64,000 bases of DNA from Octopus vulgaris (GCA_951406725.2 OX597838.1:36766001-36830000), one strand, 5' to 3'. Shown: positions 26,996 to 40,251, counted from the first letter of the stretch. Made by a program: numbers and translations. The notes: generated by a model from the letters alone, not told the origin.

Positions 26996-28604
26996 GTATA
27001 AGCAATACCTTTTTTGTTCTCTTCTACTCAGCTAGCATGTTAAATATGGTAAAAATTGAAGCATATATCTTGAAGATGAGGTGAAAAATAGTTGAGTGAA
27101 TTAGGTTTATGGTCAGGAAATGGGAAAAGAAGAAAAGGTTATTATGTTTCAAGTATTCTCTCTTCTTCTGAATGAAAGAATAGAGAAGGAGAATGAAAAT
27201 ATGGACAAAAGGATCACACCTTCTCCGCTTTGCTATTCTCTATTGCTAAATTTTTGTATGGATTAGTGTTGGCATGCGTTACTGCCATTTTTCTTATGAT
27301 AAGATAGACAAGTGCAATTGACATCGTCAGACTCTGACTTAATTTTTACTTTTCAGTAATTAATTAATAATTAATTAATAATTAAGCCCTTCAATTCCTG
27401 CTTAACTAACTTATTAATCCAATCTCTGAAATTATTTCCATGCCAGTAAAGTTATATTAAGAGATAACATGGGATGCAAATTATTTTTGTTCTTGTTGAT
27501 TAATAATTACCATTCTTAGTAAGGTAGTGTCCTGGCAGAGTCATTAGAATGCCAGGCAAAATGCCGAGTGGCGTTTTGTCCATCTTTATGTTCTGAGTTT
27601 CAAGTCCACCAAGGTTAGCTATGCCTTTGATTCTTTTAAGGTTAATAATTTAAGTATCAGTTAAGCACTGGGGTTGATGTTATTAACTTACCACCTCCCC
27701 CAAATTGCTGGCCTTGTGACAAAATTTGAAACCCACAATTACTATTCTTTTATACTTTCATAACCAATCAAACAGTTGTAGTCATGAAGTTTATAACTTT
27801 TACATTTGCAGTCAATTATATAAATCAATTGATCGTTATTAGCTTGTTTGCAAGTTATGCACCTGTGGTTTAATATTGATGAGAATATTTTTAATTCTAT
27901 GTTTTTTTTAGTTTGTCATTAGTATTAATTTACTAATTGGTATAATGCATTTGTGGTCTGCTTTGTGAGGTTTTTTGATAATGTCTTCATCAATTCTGTG
28001 GTTTGCATTCATTTGATGGCTATTAACACTTTAGATCTGCATTGAAAAAGTACAGCTCCAGGGAGGCAGATATGTAGTTAAACTATCACAGGAAAGAAAC
28101 ATGGCATATTCTACAAACTAAGCCAACTGACAGGAGACCTAGGGGTAGACCAAGAATGTGATAGCTGGGTGATATTCATAATATCAAAGGTGGGTAGCTG
28201 ACCAAATTACTACTGTGCCGGAGTCAATGCTTAGCAGCATTTTGTCAGAGTTCAAATTCCATCAAAGTTGATTTTTGCCTTTGATCCTTTTGATGCATGT
28301 TAAGAAAATATTGTTATATTTATTTCCGAAGGGAAAATGTTCCATTACTGGGAAGTGACGAGATATGTAGTCTAAACTTTTACAATACAAGAAAGCAGTA
28401 AAACTTAATTTTAGTTTTATCATCAATCATATGCAGTTGAATTATCTAGGACTCAACATTTACTGAAACAGATATTGAATTTATAACTTGTTGTAAATAC
28501 TATTTAGGGTTCCACACCTTCGTAAATTTCTTTTATTATTTTGCCAAATTTGAATGTAATTATTCGTAACTGTTGGTGCCTTGAGGAAATTGGTCCACAT
28601 ATTC

Positions 28605-29010
28605 ATTATCATCATCATCATCATCGTTTAACGTCTGTTTTCCATGCTAGCATGGGTTGGATGGTTTGATGAGAGGTCTGGGAAGCCAGGTGGCTGCACC
28701 AGGCACCAGTCTGATCTGGCAATGTTTCTACAGCTGGATGCCCTTCCTAATGCCAACCAATCTGAGAGTGTAATGAGTGCTTTCTACGTGCCACCGGCAC
28801 AGGTGCCAGGGAAGGCTGGCAATGGCCATGATTGGTTGGTGCTTTTTATGTGCCACTGGCACGGAAGCCAGTCAAGGTGGCGCTGGCATCGGCCACATTC
28901 GGATGGTGCTTTTTATGTGCCACCAGTACAGGTATCACAACTACAATTTCCATTTGATTTTGATTTTTGATGTTGATGTACTTGACTCGATAGGTCTCCT
29001 CAAGCACAGC
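28605..29010 (-). mobile_element. SINE family D
   Basis: (CAT)n tail and three internal GTGCTTTTTAYGTGCCACCGGCAC repeats. Confidence 0.85.
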
Positions 29011-29166
29011 AGGTCACTCTACGACTCAATACTCATAAATAATTAATATTCAAGAATTGAAATCTTCCTTTTTTTTTTAAATTTATAATTACATCCACCT
29101 TCTAATTTCATACTAGCTTTTGCAATATGCAAAAGATCCATAAGTTATATTTATTTATATAGTGTA

Positions 29167-29476
29167 CTAGCAGTATTGCCCGGCGTTGCTCGGGTTTGTA
29201 AGGGAAATAACTATATAAGAATTTTTAGAGAGTTACTTCCCTTATATAAACCGAGCAAAAAATGCATTAAAAAAAAACGAAAAAATGATGGTAAATTTTT
29301 TTTAAAATCGTAGACTCATCGTAGACGCGCGCTAATACCCAGAAGGGCTCGATATGAATCATGATGGTAAGACACCCGCTTTTGGTTAAACTGCACCGCA
29401 AAATGTGGAGTAGTTAGGAATCTAAATCGGAGAAGACAGACTCTCACACACACAACTTCAGTTTTATATATAAAGA
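29167..29476 (-). mobile_element. Non-autonomous Helitron-type element
   Basis: Minus strand starts TCTTTATATATAAAAC and ends CCCGAGCAACGCCGGG..CTAG. Confidence 0.75.
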
Positions 29477-29974
29477 TTTTCAATTTTGTGTGATTCTTTG
29501 GTGTTTCGTAGCATACTGCTACAAGGATTCCTACATACAACAGCTGATTCTCATTCATGCCAGTAAGTAATTATGTGATGGTTGGGTAATGTTCATAATA
29601 TTGAAGGTGGGTAGCTGAGCAAATTGCTATACTCTTGGAGTCAAGTCAATGCTTAGTAGCATTATGTCAGTCTGCATGCTCTGAGTTCAAATTCTGTCAA
29701 AGTTGATTTTGGCTTTGATCTTTTTAAGGTCAATAAAATAAGTACCAGTTGCATGCTGGGATTGATGTAATCGACTTATGTACTTCCTCGGAATTGATGG
29801 CATTCTGCCAGAATTTGAAAGCAATATTCATAATCTCAAGTCGTTCATACATAGGAATCCAGATGGAAAAGTGTAATTATGTTTGGTTTGATCTGATCCT
29901 ATGGAGGATACTAACATCCATGACTCTAAGGGTTAATAACATTTATGGCCCTCTCAAGAAAGTGGGTGAAGATG

Positions 29975-30545
29975 GGTGAATGAATGAATGATTGGATGGA
30001 TAGTTGGATGGATGGAAGGATAAATGGAGGGATGGAGGGATGGAGGGATAGATGGAAGAATCAGTGGAGGGATGGAGAGCTGGATGGGGGAATTGGTGGA
30101 TGGATGGATTGTGGGAGGGAGGGATGAAGGGATTAATGAAGGGATGGATGGAAAAATCAGTGGAGGGAGAGAGGGATGGAGGAATTGGTGGATGGATGGA
30201 TTGCGGGAGGGAGGGATGGAGGGATTAATGAAGGGATGGATGGAAGAATGGATGGTTAGACTGATGGCTAGAGGGATCGGTGAAAGGATGGGGGAAATGG
30301 ATGGATGGTTGGAGGGATGGATGAATGGATTGATGGATGGCTAATGGCATGGACGAATTCATTGAGGGATGGATGGAGGGACAGATAAATGGCTTGATGG
30401 ATGGCTGACAGTATGGAGGAAATGATGGATGGATGGATGGTTGGATAAAGAATAGCTGGATGTATGGAGGGAAGGATGGAGGCAGGAATGCATGGAAGGA
30501 GGGATGAATGGATTGATGGACAGATAAATGAATGAATGGATGCAG
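29975..30545. repeat. Degenerate (GGAT/GGAG)n tract
   Basis: Directly visible. Confidence 0.9.
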
Positions 30546-31689
30546 TTTGTGTATTTTTAATAGTTGTGGCATTTGATGTGTTCAGAGTCGTATATCATGT
30601 TATATTGTTGCATGGCTTAGACTATTAGTTTGTTACGGTACCCATTGTTGACTAGTAGAGTTTTTCTCCTATTATTCTATAGAATTTCTTTTTGATTTAG
30701 TGCTTAGGAGAAACTAAATGCTCTTTTAAGTGAGTGTTTTATTTTTGCCACTGACATTTTCCATGTCATGTTGACATTTATTCTCTCCGTGTAGAATATG
30801 CTCTTTGAGTTGCAGGCTCTTGCGCAGACAGACAAGATGTTTTTTGTCAATTAGTATCAGAAGGTTTACGTTATAGAAATGGAATCATTGTATCGCAAGT
30901 AGATTTATTTGCGTTGATATCATCATCACCATCACCGTCACCATCATCAGCACAGCCTTCCTCCTTTGCATCACCGTCATCATCATCATCATCATCACAA
31001 TCCTCCTTCTCATCATCATCATCATCAGCAGCAGCAGCAGCAGCACAATCCCCCTCCTCCCCTCCCTCCATCCTTTCCCATTTCCCTCTTCCTCCTCTTT
31101 CATCTCCTCTTCCTCTTCCATCTCCACTTCCTCTTCCCTCTCCTCTTCCATCTCCACTTCCTCTTCCCTATCCTCCTCCTTTTTCCTTTCCTCCTCCTCT
31201 TCCCTCTCCTCCTCCTCCTTCCTCTCCTCCTTTCACCTCTCCTCCTCCTCCTTTCCCCTCTCCTCCTCCTCTTCCCTCTCCTCCTTTCCCCCTCCTCCTC
31301 ATCCTTTTAACGTCCACTTGTCTTGCATGCCCATAAACACTCTAGGATTCTAGCTCAAGTTTCCATGGCAGCCAAGGTGGCTGAGATCACCACATTTCTC
31401 CGAGCAGAGGATGCCAGTCCATCTCATGAAGCATTTTGCTCAAGAACACAACATGTTGCCCCATGATCACTAGTGCAACACCTTAACCACACTAGGCCAC
31501 ATGACTTCATTCTAGCATGAATCCGACGGAATTCATTAAGGCAGGATGTCCTTCTTGTTGCCAACCTTTGTTACCAAGCAAGGTAATATTCCTTTCTATT
31601 CTGGGCACAAGGCCCGAAATTTTTGGGGAGGTGGGGCCAATCGATTAGCTCAACCCCAGTATGCAACAGGTATATAATTAATCAACCCT

Positions 31690-32100
31690 GTGCTGAAATA
31701 TTGAGAAATCTGCAGTTTCTCTATCGAGATTACAAGTTCAGGTTTATACCTGTAATTATTGGGGGCCTGGGATATGTAACACACTGCCTAAATACCAATC
31801 TTGAGAAATTAGGCTTTTCAAGACCAAAAAGGAGAAAGCTAATTCGAAGACAATAGATCCAATCCATCACTGGAACTGTAAAAATCTGTAAAACTTTCCA
31901 GAAGTTTATCATTTAAATATATATGAACATGTCTAGATATGCAACTATATGCATGAGAATACATACATGAAACATACAAATCTGCACATACATACACACA
32001 TACAAAAATACCCTGTTGTTGATGTTAAAATTCCAATGAAGGAGCCTTGGGTCTAGGTTAGAAACCAATTCTTTTTCTATTGGCAAAAAATCTGAATAAT
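31690..32100 (+). mobile_element. R4/Dong-like RLE retrotransposon 3' end
   Basis: LRNLQFLYRDYKFRFIPVIIGGLG...SITGTVKICKTF resembles the post-RLE C-terminus of R4-clade elements; stop at 31914-31916. Confidence 0.7.
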
Positions 32101-32383
32101 CACATACATACATAAAGCAAAGGTATTTGTTCGCCATTATTGGAAGTGCATGTATATATTAATATACACAGTATATAGTCATGAGCTACTTATAGTTTCA
32201 GACACTGAAGGTCTTATCTAGGCAAGTTTTAAAACCTCCCTAGGAAATATCTCCAATGTATGAAACTATTAGTAGGTCATTACTATATACTATGTATATT
32301 AAACAATATCTATTTCTCACCAGATAGAGTACTTCTTTGTTGATCCGAACAGAAAAGTAAACTCTCTCTCTCTCAACACACAC

Positions 32384-32429
<46 letters not shown>

Positions 32430-32430
<1 letters not shown>

Positions 32431-32636
32431 ACGGGCAGGTTTACGAAAATAAATGAGAGATGAAGGCAGGTGGAGTAACAAACAAACAATGTATTAGTAT
32501 GGCGCTCAGGAATAGAAATAAAACAAGTCTTTTACGTTTCGAGCCTATGCTCTTCGACAGAAAGATACACAGAAAAGAAACAAGGAGAGAAAAAAAGAAA
32601 AAAATTGCATGTAGGGGCTAACGATCCAGCATGGCG

Positions 32637-32640
<4 letters not shown>
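32430..32640 (-). mobile_element. Short hammerhead-bearing element in (TA)n
   Basis: Homologous to 10644-10862. Confidence 0.7.
32528..32565 (-). ncRNA. Minimal hammerhead, A6U variant
   Basis: TCTTT-CTGTCGA-A-GAGC-ATAG-GCTC-GAA-ACGT-A-AAAGA. Confidence 0.7.
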
Positions 32641-32678
<38 letters not shown>

Positions 32679-32683
<5 letters not shown>

Positions 32684-32990
32684 TAAATTAGAGACAAAAC
32701 CACTATTAGGCAAATCAAACAATGAAAAACTTAAGCCAATACATATGATTAATTTATATTATTTAAATATGTAACAAAATTATTAAAAACTATAATTAAT
32801 ATCCCACTACGATCGTTTCCTGCCTGCTGTCTTCAAATTTTTGAGTCACAGTCATTCATCAGGTGGTTTAAATATTTTTCTTGGCGAGGTTTAAACAATG
32901 AACTCAATATTTTACTATAAAATTGGATTCAATCCTAAATCTGATTTTTCCCTGTAAGTTTGGATTTATTCCCTAATATTTATTATTATT
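32679..32990 (-). mobile_element. Penelope-like non-autonomous element
   Basis: Contains a hammerhead; 32907-32985 is the reverse complement of 26748-26828. Confidence 0.65.
32804..32866 (-). ncRNA. Type-I hammerhead ribozyme, canonical core
   Basis: CCAC-CTGATGA-(long imperfect stem II)-GAA-ACGATCGT-A-GTGG; perfect 8-nt palindrome in stem III and a GUA cleavage triplet. Confidence 0.75.
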
Positions 32991-32991
32991 G

Positions 32992-33030
<39 letters not shown>

Positions 33031-33032
<2 letters not shown>

Positions 33033-33235
33033 TCATCATCATCGTTTAACGTCTGTTTTCCATGCTGGCATGGGTTGGATGGTTCGAATGGGGTCTGGGA
33101 AGCCAGGAAGCTGCACCAGGCCCCAAACTGTTCTGGCAGTGTTTCTACAGCTGGATGCCTTTTCTAACGCCAACCACTCTGAGAATGTAGTGGGTGCTTT
33201 TTATGTGCCACTGGCACAGGGGGCCATGCTAGGAT
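33031..33235 (-). mobile_element. SINE family D fragment
   Basis: CATCATCGTTTAACGTC tail. Confidence 0.8.
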
Positions 33236-33308
33236 GTTGAATTTCAGTATAGAATTGTTTTTACTCAATCTTTTAATTACTCCTCATCTTCTGGTGATAC
33301 ACACGCAC

Positions 33309-33408
<100 letters not shown>

Positions 33409-33754
33409 ACACATAAACACACACACAAACTCACTTATCTTGTTGTGTATATTCGTTGCCAACTTACCTGGCATACATCATGTGTTTATATCTTGGTTTT
33501 ATAATAATCTCTTTTGTGGTTACACAGAGTGTGGCAAATGTAGACCCCAAGGGACAACCCATGGCTACTCCATCACTGTGTTGTATAAACCACAAGCACA
33601 GCAATGGCAGTCACTACACAGACAATTAAGATCTACAATAAAATGAGAAATCTATTTATAATGTATTACAAATATTATTCTTAAATAACCAGAAAGGGAC
33701 ATACACATAAAGACATACAACAACATATATATATCATCATCATCGTCATCATCG

Positions 33755-34051
33755 TGACCAACCAGTCTATCAGATGTTGCTACACATCGCTGGTCACAAT
33801 GCTCTTCGCATTGTTTTAGCCTTCAAATGACGCCACCCCACTGGCTAAGGGAGCAGGCCAACAGAAGAAAGAGTGAGAGAAAATTGTAGCGAAAGAGTAC
33901 AGCAGGGACCGCCACCACCCCCTGCTGGAGCTTCGTGGAGCTTTAGGTGTTTTCGCTCAATAAACACTCACAACGCCCGGTCTGGGAATCGAAACCGCAA
34001 TCCTACGACCGCAAGTCCGCTGCCTTGACCACTGGGCCATTGCGCCTCCAC
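33755..34051 (-). mobile_element. tRNA-derived SINE family B2
   Basis: GTGGAGGCGCAATGGCCCAGTGG head and GGTTTCGATTCCC B box; copy at 54753-55064. Confidence 0.85.
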
Positions 34052-34396
34052 TATATATATATATATATATGTATGCTCACATGTTGGTATACATACATAT
34101 AGGTATGTGTGTGTATATGTATCTATGCACAAGGAATACACACATACACATGTACACATATATACACATGGACATAACAACAATCACATACATATAATAT
34201 ACATAATAAAACACAAATAAAAAGTGCATACACAGACTCCATGCACACACACACACACACGCAAAAAACACACCACATACTCCATATACAGGCACACACA
34301 CATTCTATATACATACTTTTCACATATACACACTCACCCTCCAGACACACGCACATTCTATATACATACTCTTCACATATATGCACTCACACTCCA

Positions 34397-34540
<144 letters not shown>

Positions 34541-34617
34541 CCTCACACATGAAACAATTTAAATAACTGTAGTTGCAACAACTAAAGTGTCACATGATTA
34601 GGAAAAGAACAACAACA

Positions 34618-34650
<33 letters not shown>

Positions 34651-34678
34651 ACTACTAATTCTACTACTACTACCACTA

Positions 34679-34718
<40 letters not shown>

Positions 34719-35756
34719 AGCGATAACAGCAACAACAACTACAACAGCAACACCTACACAACGACTGAAGCAAGAACAACTACAACAACAACAACATCAC
34801 ACAGTCCTAAAAATACAAAACAAAAATTGTTCTGTTGCTAATTAATTTTCCTGTTTCTTAATTAGACATTTTTGCACATTTCTCCTGTCAGCTTTGTTGG
34901 TTGCTCTTACGGATGATGCAATAACAGTAGGTGTTGTAGTACTGCTGTGGTGGTGATGGTGGTTGTGGTGATTGTTGTGGTGATGGTGGTGGTTGTGGTC
35001 GTAGTGGTGGTGTTTGTGGTGGTGGGGGTAGTTGTAGTGGTGGTGATTGTGGCGGTGGAAGTGCTGAAATAGTGTGGTGTGGCGGTGGTGGTGGTGGTGG
35101 CGGTGGTTGTGGTCGTAGTGGTGGTAGTGTTGGTGGTGGTGGTGGTACTTGTAGTGGTGGTGGTAGTGGTTGTTGCGGTGGAAGTGCTGAAACAGTGTGG
35201 CATGGTGTTGGTCAGAGTGTAGTTGTAGTGGGCTTGTACTAGTGTTGTGATGGTAGTGGTGGTGGTTGTAGTGTATTGTAGTGGGTCAAAGCCCCACTGT
35301 GTGGCACCTTGAGCAAGTATCTTCATTTATAGACCCACTCTGAGAGCAGTATTAAGGCTAAACAAAAGAGGAGTGGTGATAGTGAATCACCCTGGAAAAT
35401 GCCACATGAAATTTTTACATCACCAGCATTTAGAGATTCATTGTCACTGCTCAAAGTTAGTGTGGTTCTCCGTGATCTCATACTTACAGACAAAAAGTTT
35501 CACAGAGTAGGCGCTATTTTATACATTTCCAGGCATTTCTTAATCCAGCTATGTGGTAGGCTCTCAAAAGCTTTTTTTATGGTCTATCCAGGCTATTGAC
35601 AAGTTTTTGTGTCATTTGTGACAATCTTCTAAGATCAACTTATTGATGAGTAGCTGATCTTTACAACCATAGGATCCACGTTTGCATCCTTTTATTATTA
35701 TTATTATTATCATCATCATCCTCCTCCACATCATCATCATCATTATTATTAATATA

Positions 35757-36120
35757 TGTTTGATTTTTGCTTTATATTTTTACAAGTTGACTCCAAGTCT
35801 CACCCAGAGACCTCAAGAGACAACAGGTTAGCAGTTCATGTTGGTCTTTCACCTAGGCTGTCATGTATTTGGTTTTGCACTTGGTATTGTTCTAGAGGAT
35901 GTTCAAGAAAACATAAGAAAATTATGAGTTTGTTTTAAAATTTGAGATTACATAGAAAATATTTTGCATAGGATATGGGCAGTTCCCATAAGCACTATCT
36001 TTTGAATTTTTGCCATTTTGAGTTTCCTGGTATCTGAACTTAGGTAGCAATCATTAGGTTTGCTATCATTCCTAGAGTACCTATAACTACAGGTATTGTT
36101 TTAGTCTTGAAGTTCCACAT
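35757..36120 (-). mobile_element. Dong/R4-clade retrotransposon 3' end in (TAA)n
   Basis: MWNFKTKTIPVVIGTLGMI...IQKIVLMGTAHILCKIFSM*; flanked by TAA repeats, the known Dong target. Confidence 0.8.
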
Positions 36121-36145
36121 TATTATTAATATTATTATTATTATT

Positions 36146-36702
36146 GAGTGAGAGAGCAGTTCATGCCATCAAAGTGACACTTAGGTAAAATATATGAAGC
36201 CCAGTATACCCATCATGACTACCAATCTGATAAGAGTACACTAGGCACATGCATTACAACCGTGTGTGTGCGACATGATGATCTCATATCAAGATAAACA
36301 GCACATGACCTTGCAGGTGGGGCCCAGTTAGAATTTTCTTCAGTTCGAGTAGCCCACCCTGCTCAAAAGGTCCCTGAATATGGATTGTTTAAGGATGTTG
36401 AACAAACCACCCATGTTTCCAGAGGTGAATTATCCAAACCCCAAAGAATCCCTCTGAACACATGGCTATGATGCTCCCCAACTACTTCTGCTCATAATCA
36501 GAGATGCACATATCGTCAGCCACTAAGGGACATGCTCAACTGGTTAAGGTCAAACAACTGACAAGCAAATCTGTGGTATTGAGCAGAATATTTGCTGTAG
36601 CCCATCTTTTATACCAAGACAAAACAATGTACATGATAACACTTCCAATCAGTTAAGATCAGCAGCCATGAGAGCCACTGCCTGGTACTGCATCAGGGCA
36701 TT
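36146..36702 (-). mobile_element. Non-coding element flanked by (TAA)n, possibly a Dong-mobilised non-autonomous element
   Basis: Sharp boundaries within TTA runs; adjacent to the Dong remnant; no ORF. Confidence 0.45.
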
Positions 36703-36764
36703 CATTATTATTATTATTATTATTATTAATAATATTATTATCATTATTATTATTATTATTATAA

Positions 36765-36981
36765 AGGCAGTGAGCTGGTAGAATCGTTAGCATGCTGGTC
36801 AAAATGCTTAGCGGTATTTCACCCATCGCTCCATTCTGAGTTCAAATTTTGTCAAGGGTGACTTTGCCTCTCATCATGTTTTTGGGGTTCATAAAATAAA
36901 TCTCAGTTGAAGACTGGGGTTGATGTGATTGACTCATCCTGGCCCCCCCAAAATTGCTGTCCTTGTGACAAAATTTGAAAC

Positions 36982-37026
<45 letters not shown>

Positions 37027-37225
37027 AAAGGTGGTGAGCTGGCGGAACCGTTAGCACCCCAGACAAAATGCTTAGCAACATTTTGTCTGTCTTTCTGCTC
37101 TGTATTCAAATTTTGCCGAGGTTGACTTTGCCTTTCATCCTTTTGAGGTTCAGTTGAGTACAGGGGTCGAGGCAATTGACTTACTCCTACACCAAAATTA
37201 CTGGCCTTGTGCCAAAATTTGAAAT
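36765..37225 (+). mobile_element. Two old SINE family C copies separated by (TTA)n
   Basis: AAGGCAGTGAGCTGG and AAGGTGGTGAGCTGG heads. Confidence 0.8.
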
Positions 37226-37231
37226 CATTAT

Positions 37232-37581
37232 TACTGCTACCTTAAGGAAGATGGAGGTATTGTTTTCAGCTTTATTTGTTTGTTTGTCCATGGACAAGAT
37301 ATCTCAAGAACCGCTGGATGGATTCAGATTAAATTCTCAGGGATCTTTGGCTTCATGACTGGCACAAACTGATTAGATTTTGGGATTGATCTGGTACTGG
37401 ACAAGGATTCTGGATTACTTTTCCTGTCTTTTACTTCAGTTTTGAGAGTGGTCGGGTTAATTTTTAGTATTCTCGTTTGTGAGAGCAGTCGAGTTTATTT
37501 CAGATATTCTCATTTTAAAAATCATCTCTGGCTAATCGTTGGTGTTGCCTTGGAGGAGATTTGTGCTCTCTGAGTGCTCTT
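37232..37581 (+). mobile_element. Helentron/DINE-like non-autonomous element
   Basis: GGAGGTATTGTTTTC, a (GTTT)n tract near the 5' end, and a 3' CCTTGGAGGAG followed by a GTGCTCTCTGAGTGC hairpin. Confidence 0.55.
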
Positions 37582-37803
37582 ATTATTATTAAGGCAGCGA
37601 GCTGGCAGAGCTGCTACCACATCGGGCAAAATGTCAGTCATCATGCTCTGAGTTCAAATTCCATTGAGGTCACCTTTATCTTTCATCCTTTTGGGGTCAA
37701 TAAATTAAGCACCAGTGAAACACTGGGGTCAATGTAATTAACTAGACCCCTTCCCCCAAATTTCAGGCCATTTGCATTTAGTAAAAAGAAATTATTATTA
37801 TTA

Positions 37804-38020
37804 TTATTCTGTTGTGTCTGGGGAGAGTCATTTTCTTTTTGTGCCTTATAATTTAACACACTCACCGGTAAAATTTCCACTTATTTCTTATATTTATTTT
37901 CCTAAAATTTTTATTGCATCTTGCAACCTTTCAATAAGAAATAAGTGGAAATTTTACCGGTGAGTGTGTTACATTATAAGGCACAAAAAGAAAATGACTC
38001 TCCCCAGACACAACAGAATA
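37804..38020. repeat. Inverted repeat of about 88 bp with a spacer of about 42 nt
   Basis: 37804-37891 is the reverse complement of 37934-38020. Confidence 0.9.
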
Positions 38021-38289
38021 TTCTTCAACACACAAACTCACATAAAGAATCTTGCAAACCAAATCCAAAAACGAAGTTATTACTATTATTATTGTGAAAA
38101 ATCTCAGCTTTATTTTGCTGAGTAAGATAGGAATTGTCAGCTGTCCACAACCAGCAGACTGAGGTGTGTGTGTGTGTGTGTGTGTGTGTGATGGACTTGC
38201 TCTTTGAATATAACGTATGAGCATTCAGCTTTTACCAAGTGACCTGTTTATATGGATCAAATATTTGTGCTGCATCTTAAATCAGTCAT

Positions 38290-38650
38290 TGTTGTATGTC
38301 CGTTTTCCGTGCTAGCAAAGGTTGTACAGTTCGACCAGGGTCTGGGGAGCCAGGAGGCTGCACCAGGCTCCAGTCTGATCTGGCAGTGTTTCTACAGCTT
38401 GATGCCCTTCCTGACACCAACCACTCCGTGAGTGCAGTGGGTGCTTTTTATGTGTCACCGGCACAGGTGCCAGGGGAGGCTGACAATGGCCAAGATCGGC
38501 TGGTGCTTTTTACATGTCAACAGCACAGAAGCCAGTCAAGGCAGCATTGGCATTGGCCACGTACGGATGATGCTTTTTATGTGCCACCTGTACAGGTATC
38601 ACAGCTACGATTTCCATTTAATATTTATTTTGATGTTGATGTACTTGACC
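38290..38650 (-). mobile_element. SINE family D
   Basis: Family motif and internal repeats. Confidence 0.8.
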
Positions 38651-38770
38651 TCTGTATCAAATCAATGTCGGTGTACCATGCATCAGGTGTCAAAGGGGTC
38701 AATGTGAGATGAGCAATGTGAGATTGAGTGTTTTGCACTGTGTTCTTGAGCAAAACACCCGGGACACCAG

Positions 38771-38983
38771 TTTGTCGCAGGTGAGCTGCAAGATGCAGGA
38801 GGAAAGAGTGAGAGAAAGTTGTGGCAAAAGAGTCAGCAGAAGTTCGCCATTACCTTCTTCCGGAGCCACGTGGAGCTTAGGTGTTTCGCTCATAAACACA
38901 TACATCGCCCGGTCTGAGATTCGAACCCACGATCCCTCGACTGCGAGTCCACTGCTCTAACTACTAGGCCATGTGCCTCCACA
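38771..38983 (-). mobile_element. SINE family B, 5' part
   Basis: Matches 1487-1696. Confidence 0.85.
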
Positions 38984-38987
38984 ATAA

Positions 38988-39200
38988 TCATCATCATCAT
39001 TTAACGTCCGCTTTCCATGCTGGCATGGGTTGGACGGTTCAACTGGGGTCTGGGAAGCCAGAAGGCTGCACCAGGCCCAGTCTGATCTGGCAGTGTTTCT
39101 ACGGCTGGATGCCCTTCCTAACGCCAACCACTCCGTGAGTGTAGTAGGTGCTTTTTACGTGCCACCAGCACAGGTGCCAGACGGGGCTGGCAGATGGCCA
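38988..39200 (-). mobile_element. SINE family D fragment
   Basis: Family motif. Confidence 0.8.
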
Positions 39201-40148
39201 CAATAATGATAATAATAATAATAATAATGATAATGATGAGTGTAAATTTGAAATGTGATGTACAATAGCAATGATGAAATTGATGATGATGATGCTGATG
39301 ATGGAGAGATCTGAGGATAACAATGACAGTGATGAGAGTGATGACATGTGAGAGCAGAATGCGGTAAATGATAATAAAAGTCATGACAGTGATAATGGTG
39401 GTTGCATTGATGTTGTTGTTGCTGGTGGTGGTGGTGGTGGTGGTGGTGGCGATGATGGTGACAGTGATGATGGTGGTAATCTAAGTGGTGGTGTTGGTGG
39501 TGGTGATGATGGCGATGATGGTGATGAAAATGATGATAATAAGTGATGATGATGATGGTGGTGATAATGATGATTATGGTAGTGATGATGATGATGATGG
39601 TGGTGGCGGAGGTGATGTTGGTGGTGATGAAGGTAATGATGATGATGGTGTATACTGTTGATGGAGATGATGGCGATGGTGATGACGGTGGTGGTGGTGG
39701 TGGTAGTGGTGGTGTGTTATGATGACAACGGCGATGATGATGATGATGATAATGATGATGATAGTCACATTGCTTGTGGTGTTGGTTGCAATTATTGAGC
39801 TCACGAAAGTGATAATGACGAAGGTGATGAAAACGATGTCGATAGTGATAACGATGATGATGATAACGACGACGATGACGATGATGATGGTGATGTCAGT
39901 TGTGGATGATGTTTCTAACTATTACAATGATTATGATGATGATGATGATGATGAAGGAAGAGATTCACAGTGGCTGCTTGCTGATGATGAAGAGGACGAT
40001 AATGATGGTGGTGATAACGGAGAGGGTGGTGGTGGTGGTGGTGATGACAGCGATGACAATAATATCACCGTTGACGGCAACGTATTATATTCCCTTATTT
40101 TCACTTTTTTAAAAATTTTATTTTATGTTTTGTTTTTGTGTTTTCTAG

Positions 40149-40251
40149 GTTTGTTCTCTCACACGAGGACTGTGACATGCGTGAAACAATGTGTTCGGAA
40201 CCTTCCAGCCATTCACATATTCGGCTGCCACAGAAATATTCACAGATAGAA
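40149..40251 (+). other. Candidate internal exon (103 nt)
   Basis: Long T-rich tract plus TAG acceptor; unique sequence island between microsatellites; open frame FVLSHEDCDMRETMCSEPSSHSHIRLPQKYSQIE; weak donor GAA|GTGTGT. Confidence 0.3.

Noticed and set aside
28775-28935. CRISPR-like pattern: hairpin repeats of about 24 bp (GTGCC-ACC-GGCAC) with spacers of about 40 bp
   Set aside because: The same spacers recur in every family D SINE copy (20262, 38290, 46563, 56779), the context is eukaryotic and there are no cas genes. It is an internal SINE repeat.
32030-32082. CCAATGA..AGCCT/AGGTT..GAAACC in the R4-like 3' UTR
   Set aside because: Core positions U4 and G5 are both altered and there is no convincing stem I.
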